A DNA stretch of 63,769 nucleotides, filler included, from Reclinomonas americana ATCC 50394 (GCA_048213135.1; 6 parts of 4 records of this genome joined end to end with filler, not necessarily neighbours in it); one strand, 5' to 3'; counted from the first letter of the whole stretch, positions 22,725 through 36,457 are shown. Notes: a model not told the origin generated them from the sequence alone. Program-made: numbers and translations.

Positions 22725-25700
22725 TCATTTTTTCGTGGGCGACGCTGCTGCTGATGGAGTTGAGGGCGGCTGTGGTGGTGGTGGTGACGCCGACCCAGCT
22801 GGTGGTGGGCTGGATGCCGACGGGGAAGAGGGATGCGCAGATGACCTGCGAGAGGCCTTGTGCTGCAGGTGCACGCGCCGCTGCTCTTCCATGAAGCGCA
22901 GCTGTCGGTGACCGCGGTACGCTGCAGTGGCGCGACGGTGAACAACCATGCACAAGCATCAACCACTGCCGGAAGTCACACGCGCACTCACCACTGATGA
23001 TGGAGAGAATCATGCCACGGCGGATGAAACTGCGAAACACCGGAAGCGTGATGCGTCCGCGCCTTCTCATGTCCACCGCTGCAAGTGCACAATAATGAGC
23101 ACGACATTGAAGAGGGAAAGTGGACTCTTCAGGCAGCAAAAACCGTCAGCAAAGCGCCCGGCCAGCGCTCGCGTCGGCTGCCACGGCAAATGACGCTCCG
23201 TGTCGGGCAGCACACGACAGAAGGCGTCGCCCGCAAACACCAGGCAATCCAACAGATCCGCCTGGTGCATCCAGAAACGCACGTAGCCTTTTATCTCTGG
23301 CGAGTCCTCATTGGACCAGCGAAGCAGCCAGTGCCTTCGCCTGCCACTCGGCACCGCCGGCAGCAGCACACCGGGGACGACAGGCCGGCGTGGGATCGGG
23401 GCGGCAGCAGGATTGCCAGTGTGTGGAGGCTCGTCGATGATTTCGGTCTGCAAATTATGGTGAGGGAGAGAATAGGCGATGGGATAGGGAGAGCAACATC
23501 AAACCATGGGCGCGATTTCAAACGCGCGATCAATGGATCGCAGAAAATGCTCGTCGTCCAAGTACGTCATCACCGACGACAGCGGCAGCAGCGCCAGGCG
23601 AGCGACACGTGACGCTGCGTGTAATGCATCATCAATTAGCGGAGGGGTGGAGGACAGGGAATGGCAAGGCCGAGAAGCACACACACCAATATACGTGTCA
23701 GCACCGCGTGTGGCGTGGTATGAGCGAAATACGTCGCGCAGGTAGTCCGCCAGCTCGTCCAGTGGACTGGCGCTGGTCAGCACAATGTGGTACATGCGTG
23801 CCGGCTGCACGACCAGCCACAGGTGATTGGAGAGTCTCTGCTCCAGTTCGTTTTGTGCTCGCGAGACCCAGCCTGTGCAAGGGCAATGAGAAGGGTCAGT
23901 GAGAAGGGGGGGAAGGGTGGGAGAGAGGGGGGATACTAGAAGAGGGAAGAATGATCGAAAGGTACACGAGCAAGCAGAGATACGGGTGAAGAGAAAGCGC
24001 CATCGATTGTGGAAAGAAGGAGAGAGAACCACAGACGCGAGAGAGCGAATATAGTTGAGTGAGAGGGACGAGGATACAAGAAGAGGGAGGAAAGATCAAC
24101 ATCAGCGAGGAAAGCACACAAGCAAGCACAGATATGGGTGAAGAACAAAGTGCCAACGACTGCGGAATGATAATAAGAGAGCAATAGTCACGAGAGTGGG
24201 CTACGCGAACCAAACGCAGTGAGAGAACGGTCGCGAGCTCAGGCATAGGTGAAGAGCAAAGTGCCATCGATTGTGGAATGGTGACAAGAGAGTTACAGAC
24301 GCAGGAGACAAGACGGTGTCCGACGGATACGGGAATAGGGAGAGGAAGATCAAGCTCAGTGAGGGAAGGCACACGAGCAATCACAAACATGGGTGCAGAG
24401 CAAGTGCCAACGACTGCGGAATGATGAGAAGAGAACAACAGTCACGAGAGTGGGCTACGCGAACCAAAGGCAGTGAGAGAACGGTCGCGAGCTCAGGCAT
24501 AGGTGAAGAGCAAAGTGCCATCGATTGTAGCAGAGACAGTAGATGATTGAGTGGGAGAGAAGGAGGCAATGAGAGAATGAATGCGAGAGCGCACGTCATC
24601 GGTGAAGAGCAAAACTCCATCGACTGCGGAATGACAAGAAGAGAGTCACAGTCTCTCGAGAGAAGACGGCGTCCGATTGATACGGGAAGAGAGAAGAAAC
24701 ATCAACATCAGTGACGGAGCAAGCACAGACAAGGATGAAGTGAAAGAAACAGAAGTCAAGCGAGAGAGAGAGAGAGAGAGAGCTGCAGTTTGAGAGATGG
24801 GGAGTGAGTGGCAGGGCCACGAGAACAGGTAACATTTCGCAGCAACCACTATCTGCTCCCTTCCACACTTTCCCCCTTCCCTCCCCGCGGAACGCACTGC
24901 CGATGAAAGCCAACGTCGTGACACGCTTGTACAGTGCGCGGAACTCATGNNNNNNNNNNNNNNNNNNNNCGGATCAGAAATGTGCCCGTTGCCGTCCACA
25001 TCAACACCTATTGTGTTTTCTCTCCCAAGAGTGAGATATACTTTTGACACTTTACCTCATGCCACTGCACGCAACGATTCATCAGGCGACCGATCAGGAA
25101 GCTGTCGGGTCGGTGCATCATCACTTCCGGGTTCTGTCGCGGGGTGGCGGATGAGCGACACAGGGAGGCACGAGACAACTCGCATGCCACACACACACAC
25201 ACACCTGATCCAAAAAATGATCACGCATATCATTGACAAACACCGCCACGCCCTGCGTATCCATGCGACCACGCAGATTCTGCCATCGAACGCACATTAG
25301 CAGCCAGCCAGCGTTTCCCCCCAAGAACATGCAATCCTCGCAAACCATGGACGTGTATCGAGTGTACGCCTCGGCAATCTTCCGATCACCCTCACGCGTA
25401 TTCAATCCCGCAAACACAGCCGCCAGCGGCCTCGCACTCAAGTATCCAACACGCTTGGCTATCACACATACACATACACAAGAATGAGTGAGTGGCAGCA
25501 GCAGCAGCAGCAAGCAGCTGGCCAACTGCGCAAACCATCTGCCAACTGCTGCGTGGGAACGAAACCCGCCAGCGGATTGAGTCCGGCGACTGCCAACGCC
25601 ACACGAACGACAAACTGCGCACAGACTTCCACCAGTGTCGTATCAAGCGCCATATCCCAGTCACGTCCACCCAACACCACCTCGTGCGCCGACGACTGCT

Positions 25701-26004
25701 CTCCCGCTCGATCATCATCATCATCATCGCTGTCACTATCCCGTCGTTTTCTTCGCTCCTCGGGGAATATCACCTCCGGCGACAGCACATCTCCCGCCAA
25801 ACACGCGCGCGAGACCGCGTCCATCGACACCACTGTCCACAGATTGACAGTGACCGGACCGCGTCCGCGCAGCTGCTCCCGCCGCATCTCGTGCGCAAAG
25901 ATGCTGCCGGGCTTGTCATGCGCCTGTGCGCCTAGTGTGGTGAGGTCTAGCACGCGCAGGTCGTCGAGAGAGGCCTCGGAGGCGCGATGCGTGCAGGCGC
26001 CCAT
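22725..26004 (-). CDS. Uncharacterised multi-exon protein with C-terminal EF-hand-like and IQ-like motifs
   Basis: ATG at 26004 (MGAC...). Spliced exons include AVDMRRRGRITLPVFRSF (EF-hand-like) and IISAYRGHRQ (IQ-like), then a Pro/Ser tail to TGA at 22725. Confidence 0.6.
23960..24720. repeat. Intronic tandem repeat, ~250 bp higher-order unit
   Basis: Near-identical gtcacgagagtgggctacgcgaaccaa...cgagctcaggcataggtgaagagcaaagtgccatcgattgt at ~24187 and ~24441, plus shorter sub-repeats. Confidence 0.85.
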
Positions 26005-26115
26005 TTCGCGCGAATATCTGTGGACAGAGGACAGTGCAGCTCGCACTGTCCGTTTCGTTTGATTGTCTCTGGCGCGCGCGCACGCTCTCTTCACTCACTC
26101 TCACTCACACACACA

Positions 26116-26414
26116 ATGTGGCAACAAGTGTGCAATCTGGTCATTCGACCGCAGCGGTGTGTGTGCTCTGTGTTCGCGCGTGTGTGTTATAAAAATACTC
26201 AAATTTGTTTGTTTTTGTTGTTTTGTTTGTTGTCTGGTGTGTGTTGTGTGTGTGTTTGTGTGTGTGTTTGGTGGTGGTTAGGTGTGAGTATGAGCTTCAG
26301 CACTTGGGAGCGGCGGATTTCATCTTGGATGGGAGGACGTATAAGAGGACAGATGTGGAGGTGAGTGAGAAGGAGAAGGGGAAGGGGAAGGAGATGGTAG
26401 GAGAAGCGAGAGAG

Positions 26415-26446
<32 letters not shown>

Positions 26447-28634
26447 TGTGTGTGTGAGTGAGTGATAGAGATGACGAGAGAGATGAGAGACGAGAGAGAT
26501 GACATACAGAGAGATGAGATGAGAGAGACTGATTGATGGGGATAGCACGCAGAGCTGTGTTGTGGGAGAGGGTCTGTGAGGCACTGTGAGTGTCAGAGGG
26601 ATGATGATGAACAGAGGGGCGAGTGGGGTTTTGCGCTGTGTTCTCATGAGCGGGCGGACAACTACTTGTCAGGAAGGCAACAGTGCTCCCACAGAGGAAT
26701 GCGATGGGTGAAAGAACACAGTGCTGTCTGTCTCTCTGCGACCTCCTTGTGCATTCGTTTCTCTCCTTCCCTCTTTATCTCTCTCTCCCTCACGTGTCAT
26801 CTTCTCGTATTCTCTGCACTTTCTTTCGCTTACCCCTTTATTCGCCCCCCACAGCTGCCGAATGACCGCGGACTGACGCTGCAGTGCTCCCACTTTGAGC
26901 CCGCCGACGAGTGGCGTGCAGAGGTCTCCCTCTCTCTTTCCTTGACCGAAACCTCCTTCTCCCCTCCCCCCTCACTTCTCATCTTCCACAGGCCGGCTCG
27001 CAACTTCCATGTGTGATTTACTTGCACGGAAACTGTGGATCGCGTCTCGACGCCATTGACGCCGTGCGCGCGCTGCTGCCGTGCAACATCACCGTGTTTG
27101 CCTTTGATTTTTCAGGTCAGGCGCGCTTCATCGCCGTCCCTCTTCCCCACTTTTCCTCCATTGCTGACCTCCTCCTCCACCAGGGTCGGGAATGAGTGAC
27201 GGCGAGTACATTTCTCTGGGCTACTACGAAAAGGACGACGTGAAGACGGTGGTGGAGTACTTGCGGAGTACCGGTTCCGTGTCGACCATTGGATTGTGGG
27301 GTCGCAGCATGGGAGCGGCCACGGCGCTCTTGTATGCGCCGACTGACCCGTCGATTGCGGGCATGGTGTTGGACTCGCCGTTCTCCGACCTGCAGGTGCT
27401 GATGCAGGAGATTGTCAAGACACACAAGGTGCGTGAAGGTGCCTGCCGGACCCCCCGACACCGCAATCGTCTCATCTAGTCGCCGGTGCGCACAGAGTTG
27501 GGTGCCAAAATTCGCCATTAACATTGCCGCCAAGTTCCTGCGCAAGAGCATCAAGTCAAAGGCCGGTTTTGACATTACGTGCGTGCGAGCGCCGCGTTTC
27601 TCTTGTCGTGATTGATTCTCGTCTCACCCACCAGTCGATGGCAGCCTGCTGAAGCCCATGGAGGCAGCCGCGCAGTCTTTTGTTCCCGCCCTGTTTGCGC
27701 ACGCCGTCGACGACGATTTCATCCACATTCATCACTCGCAGGATCTGTTGCGTCACTTTTCTTCCCCTCTCTTGTCATTGCTTTACGCTGACTGTGGCTC
27801 GACAGGCTGGAGGTGTACTCGGGCGACAAGAACCTGATCACGTTTGACGGCGACCACAACTCGCAACGGCCCGATCACTTTTTCACCTCGGTCTCCATTC
27901 ACTTTCACAACACGCTGGTCGTGCCGACCATGGGCTCTGGCAGTCCGCTGGCCGTCGACGCGTCGGTGGTTGAGGGTGCTGCCAATCGGGTAAACTCACC
28001 GCGTGCCCACGAGCGACCCGGCGAGCCGCACTTGCCGGTCGTGCATCCCAGTCCGGCCGTCATGAGGTGGGTGGCGATGTAAGGGGGGAGTAGAAAGAAG
28101 AAGAAGAAGACTCACATGTGTGGGTGCGCCGTTGCAGAATCAATCCTGGGTTCGCACGCGACGAGGAGGACGACGATATTGCTGGGGACGATGTGATTCC
28201 GTTGGACTTGCAGCTGTCGCCGGCCGTGATTGGTGTGCACACGCTAGTGGATAGCACCGGATCGCTTTGCTCAAGACGCTCACACGTGTCGCGCCACCAC
28301 CCAGCTCGCTTGATGGAGGGTGCCATGGCGCTGCCGACGGACGAGCACGGAGGAGGCGGCGGGGCCGCAGACGCTGCTGCGCCAGCGGGTGAATACGGAC
28401 CACCACCTGGCATGTCATGGGACGACTGGGAGGAGCAGCAGCTGGCCGAGGCGCTGCGGTTGTCCATGGAAGGGTGTGTGTGTGTGGTGGGTGATGCTCG
28501 CCGCTCTATGTAGTCGCTCACTCGCGAACAGTCTCTCCGCGTCATCACCCAGCAAGAACGGTGGCGATGCAAGCGCCGGAACAGTGACTGGCGATGCTCC
28601 CGTTGGCGAGAAGCCATCAGCGCCGCCATCGTAA
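26116..28634 (+). CDS. Alpha/beta hydrolase (YqkD/ABHD-like) with C-terminal ubiquitin-interacting motif
   Basis: VIRPQR, PCVIYLHGNCGSR, FDFSGSGMSDGEYISLG, nucleophile elbow GRSMG, DSPFSDL, GDHNSQRP. Tail WEEQQLAEALRLSME fits a UIM. Confidence 0.92.
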
Positions 28635-28960
28635 GGCACAGCATAACATGTGTACAAAAACAAACCGTAAAACTTCGAGTGGATCTGAATTTTCCATTCT
28701 ACATGGAAACGCGCATGCAGCCGACGAACTGCGATTCATGGCCATGGTCTATCGCGCATGGATCGGCCAGCAGCAGGTTGTGTCCCACAACTTCAGTTAC
28801 ACGCACACAACAATGATACGTAACAGGGAGGCGCATGCGTTTTTTGGCGCCAAATTTTACTTAACCGTTTAAATTTCCTCTTTCGTCATCGCAGCGCGCT
28901 GACATGAAGGCCGATAGCACACGGCATGGCTCTCCTCACTTACGCGCTCATGCCGTCGAT

Positions 28961-29374
28961 ATGCGTGTGCTCGTCAGCATCTCCCTCGCCATCATTCTCG
29001 CACTCGTTCCTACAGCAAGTTGCGTGCGCTGCGCTGTGTGCGTTGTTTCTTGTGTGTGCGCATTTTGCGACTTTTCTTTAAACTCCAACGCGCCTCTCTT
29101 GTACAACTCGCAGACGCTCAGACAGTGACCACCGCCGTCGCCAACAACATCACTGGTTCGGCCGCCACTCTCAATGCGTGGGTCAATCCCAACAATGTCG
29201 CTGGAGGCACCTCAAACTCCTTTGAGTGGTCTCCTTACTCGGCTGCCATTGGCATCGCGTCGGCCACTGTCTCCACCTTTGCGGGCACGGCGGGCACGTC
29301 GGGAACGACGAACGGTGTTGGAGCAAGTGCGCTGTTTTATCAGCCACAGGTACGCACCATTGATGACAACAATT

Positions 29375-29419
<45 letters not shown>

Positions 29420-32400
29420 GCGTACGAGTGGGCTGACATGCTTGTGCACTCTCCACAGGGACTGGCCTTCGACGCCATGGGGAACGTGTATGTCAGTGAT
29501 TACGGGTTTGTCCATTCGTTCGCGTCGCTCTCTCACATCTGCACCCACGCGCGCTTCTATGGCAGCAACTGTCGCATTCGGCGCATCACACCTACGGCCA
29601 CAGTGACCACCTTTGCTGGCGGCACATGCGGCCTTGTGAACGGCACAGGAGTGGCAGCGCAGTTCAAAAAGTGCATTTTTTCTCTCTCCCTCTCTTGTTT
29701 CTCCCTTCACGCCCTCACGCACATTCACAGTCTTGTCGACCTGGCCTTCGACCAAACCACGGGAACCATGTATGTCGCCGATGTAAGTGTGTGGTCTGCC
29801 ATGCATGATCACGTGTGATGCATTCTGCTGACACTGTGTACTTGTCTCCTCTCTCGCAGTGGAATAACCACGCCATTCGCGCTGTCACCTCAGCAGCCGT
29901 GGTCACCACACTGGCGGGCAATGGAGCGGCGGGGAGTGCCAATGCCTCGGGTGCAGCGGCCTCCTTCAATCAGCCTGCCGGAGTGGCGGTGGACTCCGCG
30001 AATCAAGTGGTGTATGTGGGCGACTGGCTCAACAACATCATCCGGCGAGTGACCTATGCTGGTGCGGTGACGACCTTTTGCGGCACGGCGGGCATGAGTG
30101 GCACTGCCGATGGTGCATGTGCGGGAGCGGTGCGATTTGGCGGTCCCAGGAGTGTGCTACTCGTCGGATCGACGCTGTATGTTGGTGAGCGCTGTGTGAG
30201 ACGAAGCAGATGCCCCTGCCTCCCATTCTCATCTACGCCTTCTATTTGTATATGAGTGCAGCCGACACTGTGAATCACTCCATCCGAGCCATCGACGTGG
30301 TGGCGATGACTGTGACGACGGTGGCGGGGTCAACCGGCGCATCTGGATACGCGGATGGCACCGGTGAGTTCAGTGTGAGGCACAACCCAGTGTTATCGTC
30401 TTCGTGTGTTGTTACCGATGTTCATGCAACAGGAGCGGTCGCCCGCTTCAACATACCTATCGGACTGGCATACGACGCTGGAAACAACGTCATCTATGTT
30501 GGCGATGTTGAGTATATATCTTCCCACTCGCTCCACACACTCTGAGCCGTCATCCTGACTGCGTATGCGTGCTATCGGTAGTACGGCAACAATACCGTGC
30601 GACGCATCCGAGTGTCAGACTTGTCAGTGAGTACCGTCGCTGGCGCGGCGGGCGTGAGCGGATCAGCCGATGGCAGCGCTCTGACCGTGGCACGCTTCAA
30701 CTCGCCAGCCCAACTCGCCTTCGATGCATCGACAGCATCTGTGCTGGTTGCCGACTACAGTGCGTACACCATTCGTCGCCTCTCGCTGGCATCACAATCG
30801 GTGTCGGCTACACCCGCCACTGCCACTGGCTCTGCGGCCACTTCCATCACCGCCTCACTGACTGGATTGATGAGCAACTGGACCTTCTACTACCGCGCCG
30901 TCGGCGTCACCTCCACGCCCAGCACCATCAATGGCGCCACCGTGTCCTTCACCACCGCCACGAATGTGGCTCCGACCGATATTAGCTGCTCGTCGACGAC
31001 GTATGTGTCGCCATCGGTGGCAAATCAAGTCGTGTGTGCGCTGCAGACGACGGACGCGAACGCGGGTCAGTCGTTCACGTACTCGATTGTCGGGGGCGCC
31101 AATAGTGCGGTGTTTTCGATCAGCGGTCAGTCGCTGGTGATTGTGGCGGCTGGGCAGGCGGGCAGCTCGCTGGCGGTGACGATCCGGTCAACGGACAATG
31201 GATCGCCGCCGCTGTTCTTTGACAAGGCGTTCACCATCACCACGGGTGAGACGACTGGGGTGCTGCATCTCTGTGCTGTCTGTCCGTTTGTTTCTCTCTC
31301 AGATACTCATTCCTTGTCTGCTTGAACACAAGCTCCATGTTTTACGGGTATCCTTTTTCTTTTTCCTCTTGGTGTTGTTGTTGTTGTTGTGTTACTGTTA
31401 TTGTTTGTTCTCCTCTTCCTCCTCCTCCTCGCTCCTCCTCGTCTCGTCGTCCGTACGGACCGGACGTAGTACGGTACGACGACGACGGCGTACGTACGGA
31501 CCGACGTCGGGAACGGTAGNNNNNNNNNNNNNNNNNNNNNNNNNNNNNNNNNNNNNNNNNNNNTTAATTAATTAANNNNNNNNNNNNNNNNNNNNNNNNN
31601 NNNNNNNNNNNNNNNNNNNCGTACTACGTCCTACGTTCGTTCGGTTCGTCTTCTTTCTTCTGTGTTGTCTGTCTCTTTCTATATTTCTCTCTCTCTCCTC
31701 CTCCTCCTCCTCCTCCTCCTCCTCCTCCTCCTCCTCCTCCTCCTCCTCCTCCTCCTCCTCCTCCTCCTCCTCCTCCTCCTCCTCCTCCTCCCCTCCTCCT
31801 CCTCCTCCTCCCCCTCCTCCTCTCCTGCTCTCTTTCTCTTGTACTCGACATTCACTTTGTTCCCTCTCGTTGATGCTCCGCAGCCACCCAGTCGCTGGTG
31901 ACGCTGGCCGCCAGCAGCGTGACCACATCATCGGCGATACTAAGTGCGGTGGTGGGCAACTCTGTGGCAGCTTCGACCATGAGCAACTCGTTTGAATGGG
32001 CGCCGACGGCAGCTGCATTTGGTGTCACACCAACGGTGACGACATGGCTGGGCACGGCGGGAACGCTTGGTTCGGCAGATGGCACTGGCACTTCTGCGCT
32101 GTTCCGAAAGCCGACGGTATATATGTTGCCTCGTTAATCAAGTTTGACGTGTTCCGTTGCTCACTCGAATTGCAGAGCATCGTTTTTGATGCGTCGGGCA
32201 CTGCATTTATATGTGATCAAGTCAATCACACAATTCGGCGAGTGACTAGTGGAGGCGTGACGTCGACATTCCTGGGAACTGTTGGAGCAGTAAGCTTGGT
32301 TGACGGAGTCGGCGCTGCTGCTCGTTTTAACTGGCCCACTGACTTGTCGATTGACCTCAACACCGGATACTTGTACATTGCTGATGTTGAGTTGGTTGCA

Positions 32401-35400
32401 TGTGAATAGTCTCGACGATGGCACGTATCTCTCACGATCTTGTCTGCGTTGATTTTCAGTTATACAACCACGCAATCCGTGTGAGCACTCCTTCTGGTTC
32501 TGTGTCAACCCTGGCTGGCAACGGGACTACCGGCAGTACGGATGGCGTTGGATCGAATGCGAGATTCAACTCAGTTATCAGCATTGTTGTTGATTCGTCC
32601 AACAGAGCGGTGTACGTAGGCGATTTGATTAACAGGGTTATAAGGAAGGTGCGTACTCGCATTTACAACTGCTGTACTGTCTCAACACAGATCTCTGATC
32701 CCATCTCCCAGGTCACATATGGCGGCGAGGCGACCCTCTACTGTGGCACGATTGGTGCGTCGGGTATAGTAGACGGAGCGTGCGCAACCGCACAGATTCC
32801 CGGCCCGAACGGCATGGCGTTGGATTCCGTAGCCAATCGGCTGTACATGGGTGTGTTAGAGAGAGAGAGAGAGAGAGAGATTGTATCTATGTGTATGTAT
32901 GTATGTATGTGTGTGTGTGTGTGTGTATGTATATGTGTGTGTGTGTGTGTGCGTGCGTGAGCTGTTTTGAGTGACTTTCGGTAACACCATTATGTGCAGG
33001 TGATCGAAATGTGTGCAATGTTCGCGTGATCGACATGCTGGCAATGACTGTGTCGACTTTGGCGGGCTCGCTCACTGGAGTTCCAGGGTCGTTAGACGCG
33101 ACAGGCACTGCGGCTCGCTTTCAAAGTATTGGTGGCATCCAGATTGATCGAGCACGAGGCGTTCTTTACGTTTCCGATGTTGGGTGTCATCCTGCAGTCT
33201 GTGTCGTTTTCTCTATCTTACGCAATGTGATCTCAAAGGCGGGTAACAATACGATTCGCCAAATCGTAATCAGCACTGGCGCTGTGACAACAATAGCAGG
33301 CGCCGCCTCAGTAGCTGGTTCTGCAGATGGGAGTCCACTCTCTGTTGCTCGATTTAATGCCCCGGTTTGCTACGCGTTTGTTGTCTTAGTTGCGAGATGT
33401 AGGTTGCTCTAATATTGGTGCTTGTAACGCGAGTGCAGTGCATAATGGCGTATGATGCCGCATCGTCCACCTTGTACATTCCAGGTACGCGGTATTCCAA
33501 CAGGCAGCGCACCGACTTTGCCTCTTTTCAGCATTTTCTTCTCCACAGATTACCTGAATTTCACCATTCGTCGCCTCACCTTTGGCTCCGCCACCATCAC
33601 GGCCACCCCGGCCACCTCCGGTGTCGCCTCCAGCACTGCCCTGACGGCGTCACTGACTTCCCTTGCGGCCAACTGGACGTACTACTTCCGTGCCCTCTCC
33701 ACTTCCACCGTGCCCAGCACCCTCACCGGCTCCACCGTGTCCTTCACCACCTCCAACTCGACACCAACCGACGTTGTGTGCTCTGCCACGTATGTCGCCC
33801 CGTCGACAGCCAACATGCCTGTGTGTACGATGAGCACCAGCGACGGCAATGGCGGCCAGTCGTACACGTACATCATCTCCGGAGGAGCGAACGCGAGTAC
33901 ATTTTCAACAAGCGGCGCACAGCTGCAGATCACTTCGGCGGGACAGTCGGGTAGTCCACTGGCCGTCTCGATTCGCGCGTTTGACAACGGCTCCCCGCCC
34001 ATGTTTGTCGACAAGGCATTCACCGTAACGTCTGGTGAGTGGACGGTTGATTGATTGATTGAGAGTGTTGCGTTTCTTGGTGTGGATTGCTGACCTTGTC
34101 TTTCACGCAGTGAACAACGCACCAACGGCAGTAACGCTGAGTGCGAGCTCGTACTTTCCACCCAGCACGGCGGGACTGGCGATTGGCACGATGAGCACGA
34201 GCGATGTGGACTCGCAGCAGACGTTCACGTATTCGGTGGTCGGTGGTGCGAGCAGCGCACTGGTGACGATCGTGTCCGGCAACCAGCTGCAGTTTGCGAG
34301 TGCCAATGTGACGGCGTCGTTGGTGGTGATTGTGCGCACCACCGACAATGGCAACCCTGCCATGTCATTCGATCAGACGCTCAACATTGTTGGTTGCGTG
34401 CCATGCTGACTGCGTCTGATGCTCTTGCACGAGATGCTAATTGCCGTGTCATTCTTCCTGCAGCTCCTAATGTGACGTCTCTGTCGGTCACATTTGTGTC
34501 GGCACTGGCTGGCCAGTTGGTGACGCTGACGGGAACCGCGCTGGTGAACAACTCGGCTGACGCGTCGGCATACGTGTTGGGCACTCCCCTTTGTGGGGCG
34601 ACAACACCGCCGACGGCCGTGGCCAGCACCAGCATCAGCAGTGCATTCGGTTCCGCGACCAGCATCACGCTGACGATTGGGGCGGCGGGTGCAGCTGGTG
34701 GCACGTATGAGCTGTGCACGCGATGGGCGCCAACCAAGACATATCTGGCGGTGTCGGCGTTCGCGATAGGTGAGGAATGAGGGGAAGGGAGAGCGCAGGG
34801 AGCATGCAGCCGTTATATGCTTGTTTGTTTGTGTTTTGAGATCTAGGGCTGTGCTTCACATCCTTTATGTTGTTCCTCTCTCACTCCCTCTCCCTTTCTG
34901 CGGATGTGTGTGTGTACGTCTGTATACCGGTAAACATGTGTGTATGTGTGTGCGTTTGTGCATGCATGTGTCAACTGAACGAATGAGGTGTGCAGGGAGT
35001 GTTGGTCCGAGTGACATTTTGCTGTCGGGTCCGCAGACGTACTCGAGTGCGACGGTGCCATTCACGGTGGGCGCACTGGCCATGGTGGATCTCAACACGG
35101 GACAGACGCCGACATTCAGCATCGTGGGTGGTGTGCATGCGGCTCTGTTCAACATCGTGGGCGGCAATCAGCTTACCATCTCGGTGGCTCCACCGCTGAG
35201 TCGGCGACTGCAAGTGTTTGTGCAAGTGAGCGATGGGGCACTGACGTACACCAAACAGTTCATGATTGTGTATGGTGCGTGGGTTGGGAAGTGGGAAGGG
35301 AAGTGATGGGAAAGGAACGAAGGGAGGGGAAGGGAAGGGAAGGGGAGGGAAGGGAAGGGAGAGAAAGAAGAGGAATGGGTGAAAAGGGAAAAGTGAAGCG

Positions 35401-36457
35401 AGTGCATAGATAGGCGAAGGGAAGGGAAGGGATGGGATGGGAAGGAAAGAAGAGGAATGGGGTGATTGTTGGCAAAGAAGCATTGCATTGGCAGGGAAGC
35501 GGTGGGATGCGACAAAGAGGGTCATGTCTGTCGGTTGTTTTCTCTCTGTCAAAAGCGAGAGCGGCTGGACGTGCCGTCGAAGAGTGCCTCTTCTTTGCTT
35601 GCTGGGCTCTGTCTCTCTTAGCGTGTTGAAGGCATCGGTGGTGCGCTAACCGTCTGTACACGTGAACGTGTGCAGCGTCGAATGTCGGTTGTTCGACAGT
35701 GCAGAATGGAGTTGTGGCCCGTTGCGTTGTTTCTGCGCTTGGTTTGCAGTTTGCACTGTCGCCTTCTATCTCACTCCCCGTCACACCGCGCAGCATCGTT
35801 GGAAGTGTGTCAATTCGAGGCAGTGGATCGACCCGGCGGCACGATCTTGATGTCGCTCGTCAGTGCACGCAGTGAGATCGGCTGTTGTGAACTGTGCGAT
35901 CGGAACTCGCTCTGTCGATCATGGACGTTCCTGGATGCCGCTGCGGCGTCGAACACACTCGGCGTGAGTGTGTGCACGCTGAAGGCACGTAATCGAGGAA
36001 AGGGAGCTCGTGATGAATCCGGAATGACAAGCTCACTGTCCTCTTCTGTTGTATGCAGAGCACTGTGCCGGCAGCAGCCGCCAATGCAGAGACCAGCAAC
36101 GTGTGTGGCTCGCATTTCTGCTTGGTGTCGGGACGCAAGACGAGTGCGGCGGCGTACGACAGCAGCGGGTTTCAGACAAGCACGGGTGAGTGGTAGAGAT
36201 GAGAGATGAAGAGGATCGTGACTGATGTGGCTTGTTGTTGGCATGCAGATCGACCTGGTGGCGACCTCACGTGGGCCATTAAGGCAACGACTGGCCCTCA
36301 AGCATGCTCGCTGTGGTGCTCACAGTTGACCGCATGCGGCTCGTGGACATTCACAGTGTCGACACAGCAATGTGTACCAAAGAGCGGCGTGGTGGTCACT
36401 TCGACAGCGACCGCGTGTGCGACGAGCGGGGACTGCACGTCGGGGTTGAAGATTTAG
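28961..36457 (+). CDS. Large secreted protein: signal peptide, two FN3-like/NHL-propeller modules, cadherin-like repeats, Ig-like domain, PAN/apple domains (spans the linker at 31564)
   Basis: Signal MRVLVSISLAIILALVPTA. NHL repeats such as AGNGAAGSANASGAAASFNQPAGVAVD. Cadherin-like NVAPTDI...FTYSIVGG...TDNGSPPLFFDKAFTIT. PAN-type DRPGG...CCELC....CRSWTF. Stop at 36457. Confidence 0.8.

Noticed and set aside
31348-31356. GTATCCTTT, the U12-type donor consensus
   Set aside because: Lies inside an intron about 100 nt after a normal GTGAG donor, with no coding exon preceding it; probably chance.
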